This document shows, piece by piece, positions 1-9,310 of a stretch of DNA of 30,928 bases; the first letter of the stretch is position 1; every line of letters begins with the position of its first letter. A program made the position numbers and the translations under genes. This stretch comes from a virus (Duplodnaviria > Caudoviricetes): IMG/VR virus record IMGVR_UViG_3300009602_000008, positions 1 through 30,928 of that record; one strand, given 5' to 3'. The notes beneath the pieces were generated by a model. It did no database searches. It had not been told where the DNA came from and saw nothing but the letters and a program-made list of their open reading frames with translations.

Positions 1-123
1 ATGACAACTCTCCAGCGTTAAAAGATCCAGATTCGTAGGGCTTTCTATCTCTATTTTATATTTTTGGGAGAGTTTAGGAAGCGCCGTCCCTTTAAACGAA
101 TGGCCATTGACCGTAATGTTTAG
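1..123. repeat. 123-bp direct terminal repeat, left copy (circular-assembly overlap)
   Basis: Bases 1-123 (atgacaactc...atgtttag) are identical to 30806-30928. Confidence 0.95.
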
Positions 124-255
124 ATCTTTTTGATATGATATTTGAGGGTTTAGTTTTTGGACGGTACGAGTGCACCGGGTAGAGAGGCTTACCGTCAATA
201 AAATGACCACCCATTTAATTAAGATTAATCTTTTTTCCGTTTTAATGCCAGACAC
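1..255 (-). CDS. 5' part of a junction-spanning exported or lipoprotein-like protein (235 aa in total; continues at 30805..30353)
   Basis: Hand translation from GTG at 255: MSGIKTEKRLILIKWVVILLTVSLSTRC-TRTVQKLNPQISYQKDLNITVNG...LDLLTLESCH, open to base 1 and in frame with 30805. Not in the ORF track. The start codon is uncertain. Confidence 0.75.
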   Translation of the reverse strand, partial: MSGIKTEKRLILIKWVVILLTVSLSTRCTRTVQKLNPQISYQKDLNITVNGHSFKGTALPKLSQKYKIEIESPTNLDLLTLESCH

Positions 256-563
256 CTTTCAACTAAATATCCAACACTTAAAAGGATACTTATAATTTCC
301 TCTATTATAAATTCGATATTGTCGTTTTGGAGATCAAATTTTTCTATGGCAATTTTCTCTAATTCTTTCCTTTCACTATTATCTAAATTTTTTAACTCGG
401 GTATTATCTCCGACCACTCAACGGTTTTTAATTTAAATAACTCATCCATTAAGTTAAACAAAACTCCAAAGTTTTTAGTTAGGGCAACCTCTTCAATGAC
501 ATTTCCAAACTCCATTAAAAATTCTATTAATGGAATAAGGTTATCAATCTTCTTTTCTTCCAT
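225..563 (-). CDS. Hypothetical acidic helical protein in the late/lysis region
   Basis: 112-aa ORF with a GGGAGA-like SD (caggggGAAGATC-ATG), overlapping its neighbours in the operon. Confidence 0.75.
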   Translation of the reverse strand: MEEKKIDNLIPLIEFLMEFGNVIEEVALTKNFGVLFNLMDELFKLKTVEWSEIIPELKNLDNSERKELEKIAIEKFDLQNDNIEFIIEEIISILLSVGYLVERCLALKRKKD

Positions 564-837
564 GATCTTCCCCCTGTTTTTTATTATGTAATATCTTAAG
601 CTTTTGCTTTTCTAAGTCAAGGAGTTCATTTTTATATTTAAGTAATTCATCCTCCATGTCATTTAAAGAAGGCTTATCTTTATTAATTATAATTAAACGA
701 TCGTAATAAGTTTTTGATTCATTTGGATCTAAATAATAAGACTGAACAAGTCCCATTCTTTCAATAATTAAAAAGAAGGCATCATTTAAAGTTATTTCCG
801 TGATTATTTCTAAGCCAGTTTTATGGGTCATAAACAC
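544..837 (-). CDS. Hypothetical protein
   Basis: 97-aa ORF tightly packed in the operon, with GAGGTG upstream. Confidence 0.65.
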   Translation of the reverse strand: MFMTHKTGLEIITEITLNDAFFLIIERMGLVQSYYLDPNESKTYYDRLIIINKDKPSLNDMEDELLKYKNELLDLEKQKLKILHNKKQGEDHGRKED

Positions 838-845
838 CTCAAGTT

Positions 846-1118
846 TTAATTGTAGTCTTTATAGGCATAAATGGGCTTTACTTCTTTGTCTTTATTTATT
901 TTCATTATAATAAACTTAACCATATCAAGAATTGAATTTTCGAATTTAGTTTTAAGGAAATCTAAAAGAATTTTCCCTGTAATTTTATTTTTAATTAACC
1001 AGACTGTTATATCTAAAGAATGTTTATACTTGCTTATTTGATGAGCTATAGGCATGACCCTAGGGTCTTCATCAATTACTCTTAAGTAAAAATCTCTTTC
1101 GGCATTGGTCATCATCAT
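846..1118 (-). CDS. Hypothetical protein
   Basis: 90-aa ORF; its start overlaps the stop of the upstream gene (ATGA). Confidence 0.7.
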   Translation of the reverse strand: MMMTNAERDFYLRVIDEDPRVMPIAHQISKYKHSLDITVWLIKNKITGKILLDFLKTKFENSILDMVKFIIMKINKDKEVKPIYAYKDYN

Positions 1119-1300
1119 CTTTTTCTTAACTCCAACAAATGATTTAAAATATCTTTTTGGTTTCCTTTAATATCTTTAATTTCATTCTCTAAAAAATAAA
1201 CAGTCTTTTTTAAAGATGATATATCACCCGAAAAGCCCCACATCGCTGAACATGTCCCTATTAATAAAGCGCCTATAACAGTTGAAGCTATACTTTTCAT
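1115..1300 (-). CDS. Small membrane protein, holin- or spanin-like
   Basis: N-terminal hydrophobic segment (IASTVIGALLIGTCSAMWGF) followed by a coiled coil; SD AGGAAGG; lies downstream of the tail fibre. Confidence 0.6.
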   Translation of the reverse strand: MKSIASTVIGALLIGTCSAMWGFSGDISSLKKTVYFLENEIKDIKGNQKDILNHLLELRKR

Positions 1301-1313
1301 TTAACCTTCCTGG

Positions 1314-1409
1314 TTACCAGTTAAGAGGAACTCGAGTGCTTAAAAAAGCGCATAAACTAAAAGTAAAAGATAAATAAGCATAAATTATTATTTCATTTTT
1401 ACAGTTCAT
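1314..1409 (-). CDS. Possible 31-aa hydrophobic peptide
   Basis: MNCKNEIIIYAYLSFTFSLCAFLSTRVPLNW, preceded by AGAGGG; below the ORF-track size cutoff. Confidence 0.35.
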   Translation of the reverse strand: MNCKNEIIIYAYLSFTFSLCAFLSTRVPLNW

Positions 1410-1495
1410 TTTTGCCCTCTACGTTTCTAATTACCCTATCTCTTGTGGCTTATAAAGCCCTTTGATGCATTCATCATTTCTTACTCTACTTTTTA

Positions 1496-1511
1496 TCGTG
1501 ATTAATCACGA
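1496..1511. promoter_or_regulatory. Perfect 16-bp palindrome, candidate operator
   Basis: TCGTGATTAATCACGA in the intergenic gap between the tail genes and the small membrane genes. Confidence 0.45.
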
Positions 1512-1556
1512 GTTATTCTATGGTTAAACTATTTTTAGGTTTTTCATCTTTATAAT

Positions 1557-1946
1557 TCATTTTGGAATGTCTTTTTTAATTTTAGCTCTTAAAGTTAAAT
1601 AGGCCTTCATTTTTTCAGGTTTACCATTTTCTTTTTCTGCTATGGCCTCGAATAAAAGATGGTCAATCTCTTGATATTTAGATTTTCGTTCTCTTAAAGG
1701 TTTATTTTTGGCGGCCTCGTCATCAATTTCCTTTTTGGCTTTTTCTAACTTCAAAACTTTTTGTTCGAAGTCTTTGATGTCGGAACGGTCCCATTTAGCA
1801 ACTCGGTCGGAATGGTGAACGGCATGTCTTTCTCCATTAATAATCTCAATTTCATCGCCGAATGCTTTAAAAAAAATAAGGTTATTAGAAAGTAATTTTA
1901 ATCTAGATTCAAGATCATCAATTTTTTGATTTTTTAAATCCTCCAT
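1557..1946 (-). CDS. Putative tail fibre assembly or chaperone protein
   Basis: Directly follows the fibre gene. The C-terminus (R..KY..ID...EAI...AY..LR.KIKKDIPK) resembles small fibre-associated phage proteins. Confidence 0.55.
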   Translation of the reverse strand: MEDLKNQKIDDLESRLKLLSNNLIFFKAFGDEIEIINGERHAVHHSDRVAKWDRSDIKDFEQKVLKLEKAKKEIDDEAAKNKPLRERKSKYQEIDHLLFEAIAEKENGKPEKMKAYLTLRAKIKKDIPK

Positions 1947-1958
1947 TTACATTTTCTC

Positions 1959-3836
1959 CTATTTAATTTTTCTAATTATTACTTTATTGGCAATACCATC
2001 CGAGATTAAACCGCTGTAATGACTAATGTAACCACCCATAGTTACCCAGTTCGTAGTACTGGCGACGCCTTGCTGTTGAAATTTGGTCGGTTTCGTAATT
2101 GTCAGTACTACAACATTCGTTTGAAAATCAGCACTCCAAGAGCTGGAGGAGTTATATAAATTTGATGCGGCCTCCCCGACTTGAACGCCATCGGTGACAT
2201 TATAAAGACGTGCTCCAACCGCCGCCGTATTATATCCCGACCATGGCATTTGGGATTGAAGTTCATATTGGCCTGGAATTAAAGTCCAATCGGTATTGTT
2301 TCCATCAGACCCCGTGGTTCCTGACCCTGAAAGAGTGACAAACCAAGATTCCCCTTCGACCGTATTTAAACTTGCATTCGTCCAAGCATTTGCGCTTGAA
2401 ATTCCGTGAACATTATCAGAGGTATGCCGTAAATTTCTAAGAACACAAGCCGCTGGATAAATTTCATCAGCACCATCACTGGCATGACCTTCTAAATCAC
2501 TCGACGAATTATTAAAAACAACGCCTACGCAACGCCATGGGTTGTGAGGATGATACTCGCCTAAAAGATCATCTCTTTTAATTGGACCAATATCACTCAT
2601 GACCCTATCGCCAGTGTCTTTTAAATAAAGATAATAATAAGTGGAGGCTGTTTCAGCTAAATAAGCATCCTTAGTCACGGTCGAGGCAAGGTCAGTTGTA
2701 ATATTCCATTCGGGCGCATAAAGTTTAAAATCTAATTTCCCCGAATAAACATACAAATTCCCATGTAAATTACTAGTCCGACAATTGGTTGAGCTTGATC
2801 TTTCAACGCTTATGGTATTGGTTGATTCATATTTTGAAAAAAAATCCATTGACCTCGTGCCAAGGCAATTTGTGGCATCGGAAAAAGCAATTCCTATTAA
2901 GGTTCTATTAATGGAAACGAATGCACTTCCCGAATATCTTTTCCATTGTGAAACGCTTAAATCATACCAATAGTCCCCTGTTACAGGTGATCCAGGTTGA
3001 TCGAAACTCCAAACAGGATTCGTATAAGTTACGTCAGCCGTTGTCCCATCATCTGTTAAAAAGACCCAAACGAGTTTCATTAAAGTAATTGTGTCATTGT
3101 TGGCAAATTTAATTCTATTAACAGGAACGCCACTTGAATCTAAAAAGTGACCTCTAAAACATTGAGTAATTTCGGTGGTGCTTTTTACATACCCTAGAAA
3201 ATACTCATCGTTTGACCCATCATTAATATTAAAGGCACAAATATTCCCTACTAGGCCGGTTATTTCCGACCCCATATTATCAACCGTTATCGTTTCATAA
3301 AGAGGATTGTCTACGTCATCTTTAGATTGAGGTGTTATAAATTTATTAATCTGCTCACCCCAATATCTCGTTAACTCTTGATCGGCGGCATCACTCATAT
3401 TTACAAGGGCCGTATTATTTATGGAAGGGGCCGCTGTTAAACTTGAAACTGTTATATTAGTTGAGCATGTTACGGCTGCACCATTAACATCAAAAACTAA
3501 ATTTGTGGTTCCACCATCAATGGTAAAAGATAAAGCCGAACCATTGGCCGTCAAATAATTTGGTTGATTCGAGGCCGACCGAGTAGCTCCCGAAACTATT
3601 CTATTCGCTGGCGATGTAATTTGGGAGGTGTCTAGGGCGTCTCCATCGATAATTAAGGAATTAAAATAACCCGACCCCCATGGAATAGAGGCCGACCCTA
3701 AAGCCTGGCCGGAGGTTGCCGCTCCACTTGAATTTCGACCGACTAAAGTTTCTTGCAATGCTGAATTAAAATCATTAAAAAAACCGGCCGTGATTGTTTC
3801 GCCGGTACTTCTTGAGGTTAACGTACCAGTACCCAT
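1959..3836 (-). CDS. Tail fibre / receptor-binding protein
   Basis: 625 aa, rich in G/S/T/N and beta-strand-like; contains a P..P..GDYWYD...QWKRY.G motif typical of fibres; last large gene of the tail module. Confidence 0.75.
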   Translation of the reverse strand: MGTGTLTSRSTGETITAGFFNDFNSALQETLVGRNSSGAATSGQALGSASIPWGSGYFNSLIIDGDALDTSQITSPANRIVSGATRSASNQPNYLTANGSALSFTIDGGTTNLVFDVNGAAVTCSTNITVSSLTAAPSINNTALVNMSDAADQELTRYWGEQINKFITPQSKDDVDNPLYETITVDNMGSEITGLVGNICAFNINDGSNDEYFLGYVKSTTEITQCFRGHFLDSSGVPVNRIKFANNDTITLMKLVWVFLTDDGTTADVTYTNPVWSFDQPGSPVTGDYWYDLSVSQWKRYSGSAFVSINRTLIGIAFSDATNCLGTRSMDFFSKYESTNTISVERSSSTNCRTSNLHGNLYVYSGKLDFKLYAPEWNITTDLASTVTKDAYLAETASTYYYLYLKDTGDRVMSDIGPIKRDDLLGEYHPHNPWRCVGVVFNNSSSDLEGHASDGADEIYPAACVLRNLRHTSDNVHGISSANAWTNASLNTVEGESWFVTLSGSGTTGSDGNNTDWTLIPGQYELQSQMPWSGYNTAAVGARLYNVTDGVQVGEAASNLYNSSSSWSADFQTNVVVLTITKPTKFQQQGVASTTNWVTMGGYISHYSGLISDGIANKVIIRKIK

Positions 3837-3849
3837 TTAATTCTCCTTT

Positions 3850-5121
3850 TTAGGCTACTTTAGAAGTACCTATAACAGCGAAACCGACTAAACTTGAGGC
3901 CCCTGAAATATCAATAAAGCCATCACCTATGTCGTTTCCAATTTGTCTTAATTTTAATATCGTTGTAAATCTTTTTGCATTTTCTTTTATTTCAATAATT
4001 TTAAAAGCAATATTCCTTTCAATAAATGAGGAACCAAAGGCATGAGGTAAAGGTGTTACAGCATCATCAATCGTAGCGTCACCGACAACAGGATAAAATT
4101 TAATATAAGGTTTAAGTCTTAATGGATAGTCGATTAAAACTTGATCTAATAATTTAGAATTTCTAACCAAAGACGTTTCGACCTCGACCTCTAATTCTAT
4201 TTTAGGAAATTTAAACTCATTACTTAATTTACTTGCAATGGAGAGTTGAGTTACTTCATTGGTTAAAAAATCAATAACACCTACTGTTTTTTGCCTATAA
4301 CCATAGTCCTCGACATAATTAGTTTCAATTGAAGCCTGTTCTCCAACCTTAACAACCGTAAAAAGCCTTTGTTTCCCATCATTAAATTTATTAATTTTTA
4401 AAATGTTTTGTCGGCCTCTTTGAGAGTATGGCCCGAATAATTCTAAAGAGGCCCCTGAATTAACATCCCTAGATTTAATTTCCATTGTGTCGGTTGAATC
4501 AATTATAAAAACTGAATTGGTTGCAATTAAAAGTTTTGCTAAACCGTCCCGAGTGGAAATGTTATCAAATTTAGATCCGTCATCAATTATAATATTATTC
4601 GGTGGACTTATTTTAGAGGCATCAAATGTTAATACGGCTTTTATATCGGGCTTATCCAATATTTGTTCTAGGGCCGTTTGTGAATCCGTTCCATTATTAA
4701 TAGTTCCAGCTGGAATTCTGGCCGTTCTAATAACCGAATCAAAACTTAAAACTCTAAAAGTTAACTCTTCATTTTCAAAATTTTCTCTCGTACCCTCTTC
4801 GTTTATAAGACCTCTAAAAACATCAACGGCACCATTAACATCATTGTATTCGATTCTAACTTTCGTTAAGTCCCTACTATAAGTAAAGATAGACCTATGG
4901 TCATGAATTTGTGAAAGGTAACCATCCTTATTAATCGCCTTAAGAGTTACATCCCCATAATAAAAAACGCCAATATCATAATCGCCAGCGTCAATGCTTT
5001 TTCTCATCGAAGAGACACCGGAATCAATAATTTTAGCAGAGACTTCTATTTCATCGGCATAAGTTGTGGCCGTTAATTTTGGAGTAAAATAGATTTTATA
5101 TTGAATTGGAGTTATCGCCAT
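3850..5121 (-). CDS. Putative tail tip / baseplate hub protein
   Basis: 423 aa, second gene after the tape measure; F.G.I beta-motif typical of hub proteins. Call is mostly positional. Confidence 0.6.
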   Translation of the reverse strand: MAITPIQYKIYFTPKLTATTYADEIEVSAKIIDSGVSSMRKSIDAGDYDIGVFYYGDVTLKAINKDGYLSQIHDHRSIFTYSRDLTKVRIEYNDVNGAVDVFRGLINEEGTRENFENEELTFRVLSFDSVIRTARIPAGTINNGTDSQTALEQILDKPDIKAVLTFDASKISPPNNIIIDDGSKFDNISTRDGLAKLLIATNSVFIIDSTDTMEIKSRDVNSGASLELFGPYSQRGRQNILKINKFNDGKQRLFTVVKVGEQASIETNYVEDYGYRQKTVGVIDFLTNEVTQLSIASKLSNEFKFPKIELEVEVETSLVRNSKLLDQVLIDYPLRLKPYIKFYPVVGDATIDDAVTPLPHAFGSSFIERNIAFKIIEIKENAKRFTTILKLRQIGNDIGDGFIDISGASSLVGFAVIGTSKVA

Positions 5122-5130
5122 TTTATTCCT

Positions 5131-5967
5131 TTAAACGTGTGAAACTAATTCTAAACCACCTAAATCCATTGGGTTAGTATAGATATTTTTTAAATATTTT
5201 AATCTATACCCTTTTAACACTTGAACTAATTTTGCATCCTTTAATCTAAATCCAGGTATTGCGGTTGTAAAATGTTTTGATTCATATCGTCCTCCGCATG
5301 GATAAATGATAAAGGGTGATTCACTCTCCAAAAGAGTAATAGCCAAATCAATATCGACATTATAAACGGCACTAGTAGGATAATTTTTAAACTTAATGGA
5401 ATATCCCATTGTTTCGAGTGATTTTTGAACACTATACCGCCCCGATAAAGTTTTTTTCGATCTTGAATTTCTATCTACACTAATTTTTGAGACTTCAGGA
5501 TAACCAACAAAAGTTCCTATTTCACTCGACCCAATAAATTGAGAGATATATTTTTCGGCATTTGTTGTTTGTGTAGTGTCGATAGATATTTGAAGCCCAC
5601 CCGTTGAAACCGAATCAAATTCATAATAAGCCGAATTTTCAGAAAAATCTGTTTCAGTTATATTGGTTTTCGTAACGCCACCAATACCTATAACATTTGA
5701 GAAATGAACGTATGAGGCGCCTGATAAATACTTAACGGTAAAACCTTTAAAGTTACAATCAAGTAAAAGAACTCTATCAATTGTTTGTGTGTCAAAGGTC
5801 ACTGTTAAAGTTTCGGTGGTAGTATCATTTGAACCGACCGAGCGCCAATAGGTATCGACATCAAGGTCAAGCGCATATTTTGCAGAGGCGTTGCCAGTAC
5901 TCCCAACGGCCGAACCATCTTTTATTTTATTTTCGTATAGAAATTTTATTCCGCCAGTAACCGCCAT
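5131..5967 (-). CDS. Putative distal tail protein with a carbohydrate-binding-like N-terminal region
   Basis: Translationally coupled (TAATG) to the tape measure gene; A.D.D.DTYW.S motif resembling discoidin/F5-8 domains. Confidence 0.55.
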   Translation of the reverse strand: MAVTGGIKFLYENKIKDGSAVGSTGNASAKYALDLDVDTYWRSVGSNDTTTETLTVTFDTQTIDRVLLLDCNFKGFTVKYLSGASYVHFSNVIGIGGVTKTNITETDFSENSAYYEFDSVSTGGLQISIDTTQTTNAEKYISQFIGSSEIGTFVGYPEVSKISVDRNSRSKKTLSGRYSVQKSLETMGYSIKFKNYPTSAVYNVDIDLAITLLESESPFIIYPCGGRYESKHFTTAIPGFRLKDAKLVQVLKGYRLKYLKNIYTNPMDLGGLELVSHV

Positions 5968-8150
5968 TATGCCGCCTCCTCTCTAGAAATTCCCAGAGCT
6001 TGGTTTTCTATTTGTCGGGCCGTTAATACTTGACTGGCCTCTTCTCCATCGAATCCTATTATAACTTGGGTTGTTGATTCATTTCCAAAAACCTCTTCAT
6101 CTCTTGAAGCCCCAATTGCATTTAAAGCATCATTGGCATCTCTTTGAGGTATTACTAATTCACCGGGCATTAACATTGCCGGCACCGAATCTATTCCTTT
6201 AATTCCACCTGAAACAATTCCCCCATCAGCAAGTTTTTGAGCATTTAATCTATGAAGTTGCTCAACACCGAACGCTACTTGGGCCGCGGCCAAAACACCC
6301 CCGATAACAGGGCCAGCCGGAACACCGAAAAACTCTATAGCCCCTCTCATAGCCGACGATGCCGCCGCCGCAGTATTGGCCACAATTGAAACATTGGCCC
6401 CAACTTTTGCAATGGCCCTTAATTCTTTATTAGATGAAGAGGCCATAGCCGCAAATTGATTGGCAAATTTATCGGCCTCTTTAAAACGGCTATCATCCAA
6501 AAGCTTCATAGTTTTATAATAGGACTTCATCCCACCGACTAATTTTAATTTATGTTTATGCTCAAATTTTGTTTCGTCGTTTTGATCTTTTATTCTTTTT
6601 TTAACCCTATTGAGAGTATCTTGATCCTCTAACTCGTTTTTTGTTATTTGAAATGCGGCAAGGTCTTCTAATATTTGAGTTCGTTCTTCATTCGTTGCCT
6701 CAACCATCATTTCATGGAATTCTTTATTTTTTAAAAGTTCGTTAGCCTTCTCCCCTGATAAAAGATCCTTCATTTGATCTCGGTGGGCAATCCAACCCTC
6801 AATAGATTTAAGGTTCCACTCTTTTTGGATTTCTGTTAATTTATCAAAGGTTTCTTTTTTAGATTTTTTTAGGCTCTCATTTACCCTTTTATCAATGGCT
6901 GTAACACCTTTACCCATCGTGGTCCAGGCATTTAAACTTATATCCGAGATACCTTTAATTCCATCAAATACAGATTTTTTTAAATTTTCATAACCAGTTT
7001 TTAAGGTTGCACCCTGAAAGGTTATTAATCCCATAAGCATTTCAGCCATAGCTTTTTGCATATTACGAAGGGTCATAACAGCGGTAAAACCTGCGCCTAT
7101 AATAGCCGACCACGACTCATCCCAAACAAGAACTATCTTATCCATATTGGCAGAAAAATTTTCTTGAAACTCTGTTAATCCTGCAGCGGCACCGGCTAAA
7201 ACACCACCGACTAAAGTCATTTTAGCAGCTTTACCGAATGTTAAAAATGCTCCTTTACCAGCTAAAACGGCTATTCTTAAACTATAAAAACCTGCGGCGG
7301 CGGCGGCTAAAGTTCCGGTAAGGATGCTTAAGTTGGCTGAAAATAGTAAGACATAGCCTGCAACTTTAGCAATTTCTTCCCCATGCTTATCAAGAGTTTC
7401 TAATAAAATTATATTAAGCCAGTTGGCCATATCTGATAATGCTGGAACTAAACCACTTCCTATCTTCTGACCGAGGTCACCTATAGCACCATGTAATTGT
7501 ATAAAACGGCCTGTCCCTTCCGCTGCCGCCTTCGCTTGCCCACCAAATTGAGTTTCCAATTCTTTTAAAATAATTTTTTGGGCCTCAGCTACTTTATTCA
7601 CAGACACAAAAGATTTAATAAGATTTTTTTGTTCTTCAGAAAATTGAACCCCTGCCCTAGTTAAAGCTGTTATACCTAAAATAGGATCATTTAAAGCTTT
7701 ACCTAACATTATCGTTGAGCTTTTTAAATCAGTGCCCAATGCTGTGGACATATTCATAGCCCCCAGAATTGCGTCTGGAAAAACATCCTCTCCAATTTTT
7801 GTAAACGTTAACATTAAAGCTTGGGCGGCAATTGTTGTTTCATCCCCAAATAGAGTGACCTTCTGTAATTCGTTGGCCATTTTAATTAAGGCATCTTTTG
7901 TCATTCCAGCGGCACCGCCAGTCGATTGTAATACCGTCGTTAATTTTTGTTCCGCTACTTCTTGGTCCCTATATATACGAATTAGACCGGCCATTGTTGC
8001 CGATAAACCAGCAAAGGCAACCGTGGCCTTAACAGCTACATTTTTAAAAGATGCCTGAAGCTTCTTCGTGGCTTTTTCTGTGTCACTTAACTTTTTTTGG
8101 AAGTCTGCCGTGTCACCATTTATTTTTATTGTTAAACTACTTGCTGGCAT
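5967..8150 (-). CDS. Tail tape measure protein
   Basis: 727 aa, Ala-rich and helical; LGKALNDP..GITAL.R.G motif and C-terminal LADGG.V.G....DSVPAML.PGE.VIP motif; follows the tail chaperone. Confidence 0.92.
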   Translation of the reverse strand: MPASSLTIKINGDTADFQKKLSDTEKATKKLQASFKNVAVKATVAFAGLSATMAGLIRIYRDQEVAEQKLTTVLQSTGGAAGMTKDALIKMANELQKVTLFGDETTIAAQALMLTFTKIGEDVFPDAILGAMNMSTALGTDLKSSTIMLGKALNDPILGITALTRAGVQFSEEQKNLIKSFVSVNKVAEAQKIILKELETQFGGQAKAAAEGTGRFIQLHGAIGDLGQKIGSGLVPALSDMANWLNIILLETLDKHGEEIAKVAGYVLLFSANLSILTGTLAAAAAGFYSLRIAVLAGKGAFLTFGKAAKMTLVGGVLAGAAAGLTEFQENFSANMDKIVLVWDESWSAIIGAGFTAVMTLRNMQKAMAEMLMGLITFQGATLKTGYENLKKSVFDGIKGISDISLNAWTTMGKGVTAIDKRVNESLKKSKKETFDKLTEIQKEWNLKSIEGWIAHRDQMKDLLSGEKANELLKNKEFHEMMVEATNEERTQILEDLAAFQITKNELEDQDTLNRVKKRIKDQNDETKFEHKHKLKLVGGMKSYYKTMKLLDDSRFKEADKFANQFAAMASSSNKELRAIAKVGANVSIVANTAAAASSAMRGAIEFFGVPAGPVIGGVLAAAQVAFGVEQLHRLNAQKLADGGIVSGGIKGIDSVPAMLMPGELVIPQRDANDALNAIGASRDEEVFGNESTTQVIIGFDGEEASQVLTARQIENQALGISREEAA

Positions 8151-8459
8151 ATTCTAACCTCTTTCGTTCCCTGGCTTTTTCTAAGGCTATCTTCATGGCC
8201 CTTTGTTGGTCGTCACTTAATTCAATTGGTTTATTTTTCTCCATTGGACTATTAGATTCTAATTTTAATCCATGTAATGACGCTTTAAACTCTCTTTCTG
8301 AATTTATTCTAAGTCCTATCTTTTGAAGCCGCCAATAAATTTCATGTAATGACATTTTTAAAACATATTCAGTTGTCCAACCATAATTAAAACTTAAAAT
8401 GTCAAAAACCTCTCCCCAGTCTAATGTTTTTTCTTTCGGCGAATTTTCGCTTTTTTTTT
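8137..8459 (-). CDS. Frameshifted extension of the tail assembly chaperone (gpGT-like)
   Basis: The -1 frame from the A9 run is open: SENSPKEKTLDWGEVFDILSFNYGWTTEYVLK, then joins ORF 8355..8137 (MSLHEIYWRL...). Confidence 0.8.
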
Positions 8460-8897
8460 GACTGGGGCTTTTGCTTGAGTATCATCAGAGTTTAAAGTTG
8501 CCTCTCTTATCTCTCCTATAACCTTTTCACTAAAGCCCATACAGTTAAGAAGTGATAAAAACATCTCTAAATGTTCTTTTAATGAAGCAACTAATTTCAT
8601 CAACAGTTTATAGCCGCCGACATTACTAATCTCTTCCTCTCCAGTTTCTATATTAATAGTCTTTAATTCTATTTTTTTAAATTCCTTGGCGTCTTCATAC
8701 TCCATTAAATAGAGAACAACTTTACAAACATCAGCCGAGATAGGGTTTTTCATTACCTCTTCAATATCAATATCCATGTCTTTTAAGCTAATTAGATCCT
8801 GAGGTGTACATGGTCTTAAATTAAAAGTCTTTCCTGGTATTGATAAATCAAAGGTCGATTTTCTTGGTAATAAATCATTAATATTAAATTTTTTCAT
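8421..8897 (-). CDS. Tail assembly chaperone (gpG-like)
   Basis: 158 aa, between the major tail and tape measure genes; SD GGAAGG; ends just after a slippery A-run. Confidence 0.8.
   Translation of the reverse strand: MKKFNINDLLPRKSTFDLSIPGKTFNLRPCTPQDLISLKDMDIDIEEVMKNPISADVCKVVLYLMEYEDAKEFKKIELKTINIETGEEEISNVGGYKLLMKLVASLKEHLEMFLSLLNCMGFSEKVIGEIREATLNSDDTQAKAPVKKKAKIRRKKKH
8451..8460 (-). other. Programmed -1 ribosomal frameshift slippery site
   Basis: Minus strand GTC AAA AAA AAA GCG, containing an X XXY YYZ heptamer (A AAA AAA). Confidence 0.75.
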
Positions 8898-9055
8898 ATT
8901 CCTTCCTTCCCTATAATAAAACTAAAAGTTAATTTATACTTCTATTTTTATGTGATCACAAAACAATATTATAAACCTTCGATCATGCCACTGTTTATTT
9001 AAAAAACTGTGTGAATTTCAAAAAGTCATGGGAATTAGGGGGGGGGAAAATTAAA

Positions 9056-9271
9056 ATGGAAAATTTAAATAAGTATATTCATATAAGAGTGTCGGATCAG
9101 GAGAAGAATAGACTCAAATGGCTGGCCGACAGGTATGCAGGGGGAAATTTATCCTTATGGATGGTTTATGCGAGCTTAAATTTAGATAGACAGTTTATTA
9201 AACCGGACGTTTTAAACGAATCAAAACGGAATAGAGCCAGGGGCCGAAGAAAGAGATCCCCTTGTTCGTAG
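9056..9271 (+). CDS. Ribbon-helix-helix (MobC/CopG-like) DNA-binding protein, antisense to the tail operon
   Basis: MENLNKYIHIRVSDQEKNRLKWLADRYAGGNLSLWMVYASL has the alternating beta-strand, helix, G.NLS, helix pattern. ATG at 9056 follows a G9 run. Alternative GTG start at 9011. Confidence 0.7.
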   Translation: MENLNKYIHIRVSDQEKNRLKWLADRYAGGNLSLWMVYASLNLDRQFIKPDVLNESKRNRARGRRKRSPCS

Positions 9272-9310
9272 TTATTAACAACCCCAACTAAGACCCCTGG
9301 CATTAACCTA

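Noticed and set aside
1-123. The 123-bp repeat as a biological terminal repeat or att site
   Set aside because: It falls in the middle of a coding sequence and is best explained as assembler overlap of a circular or circularly permuted genome.
1959-2500. Diversity-generating retroelement or invertible segment acting on the fibre tip
   Set aside because: No reverse transcriptase, invertase or second copy of the fibre 3' end was seen.
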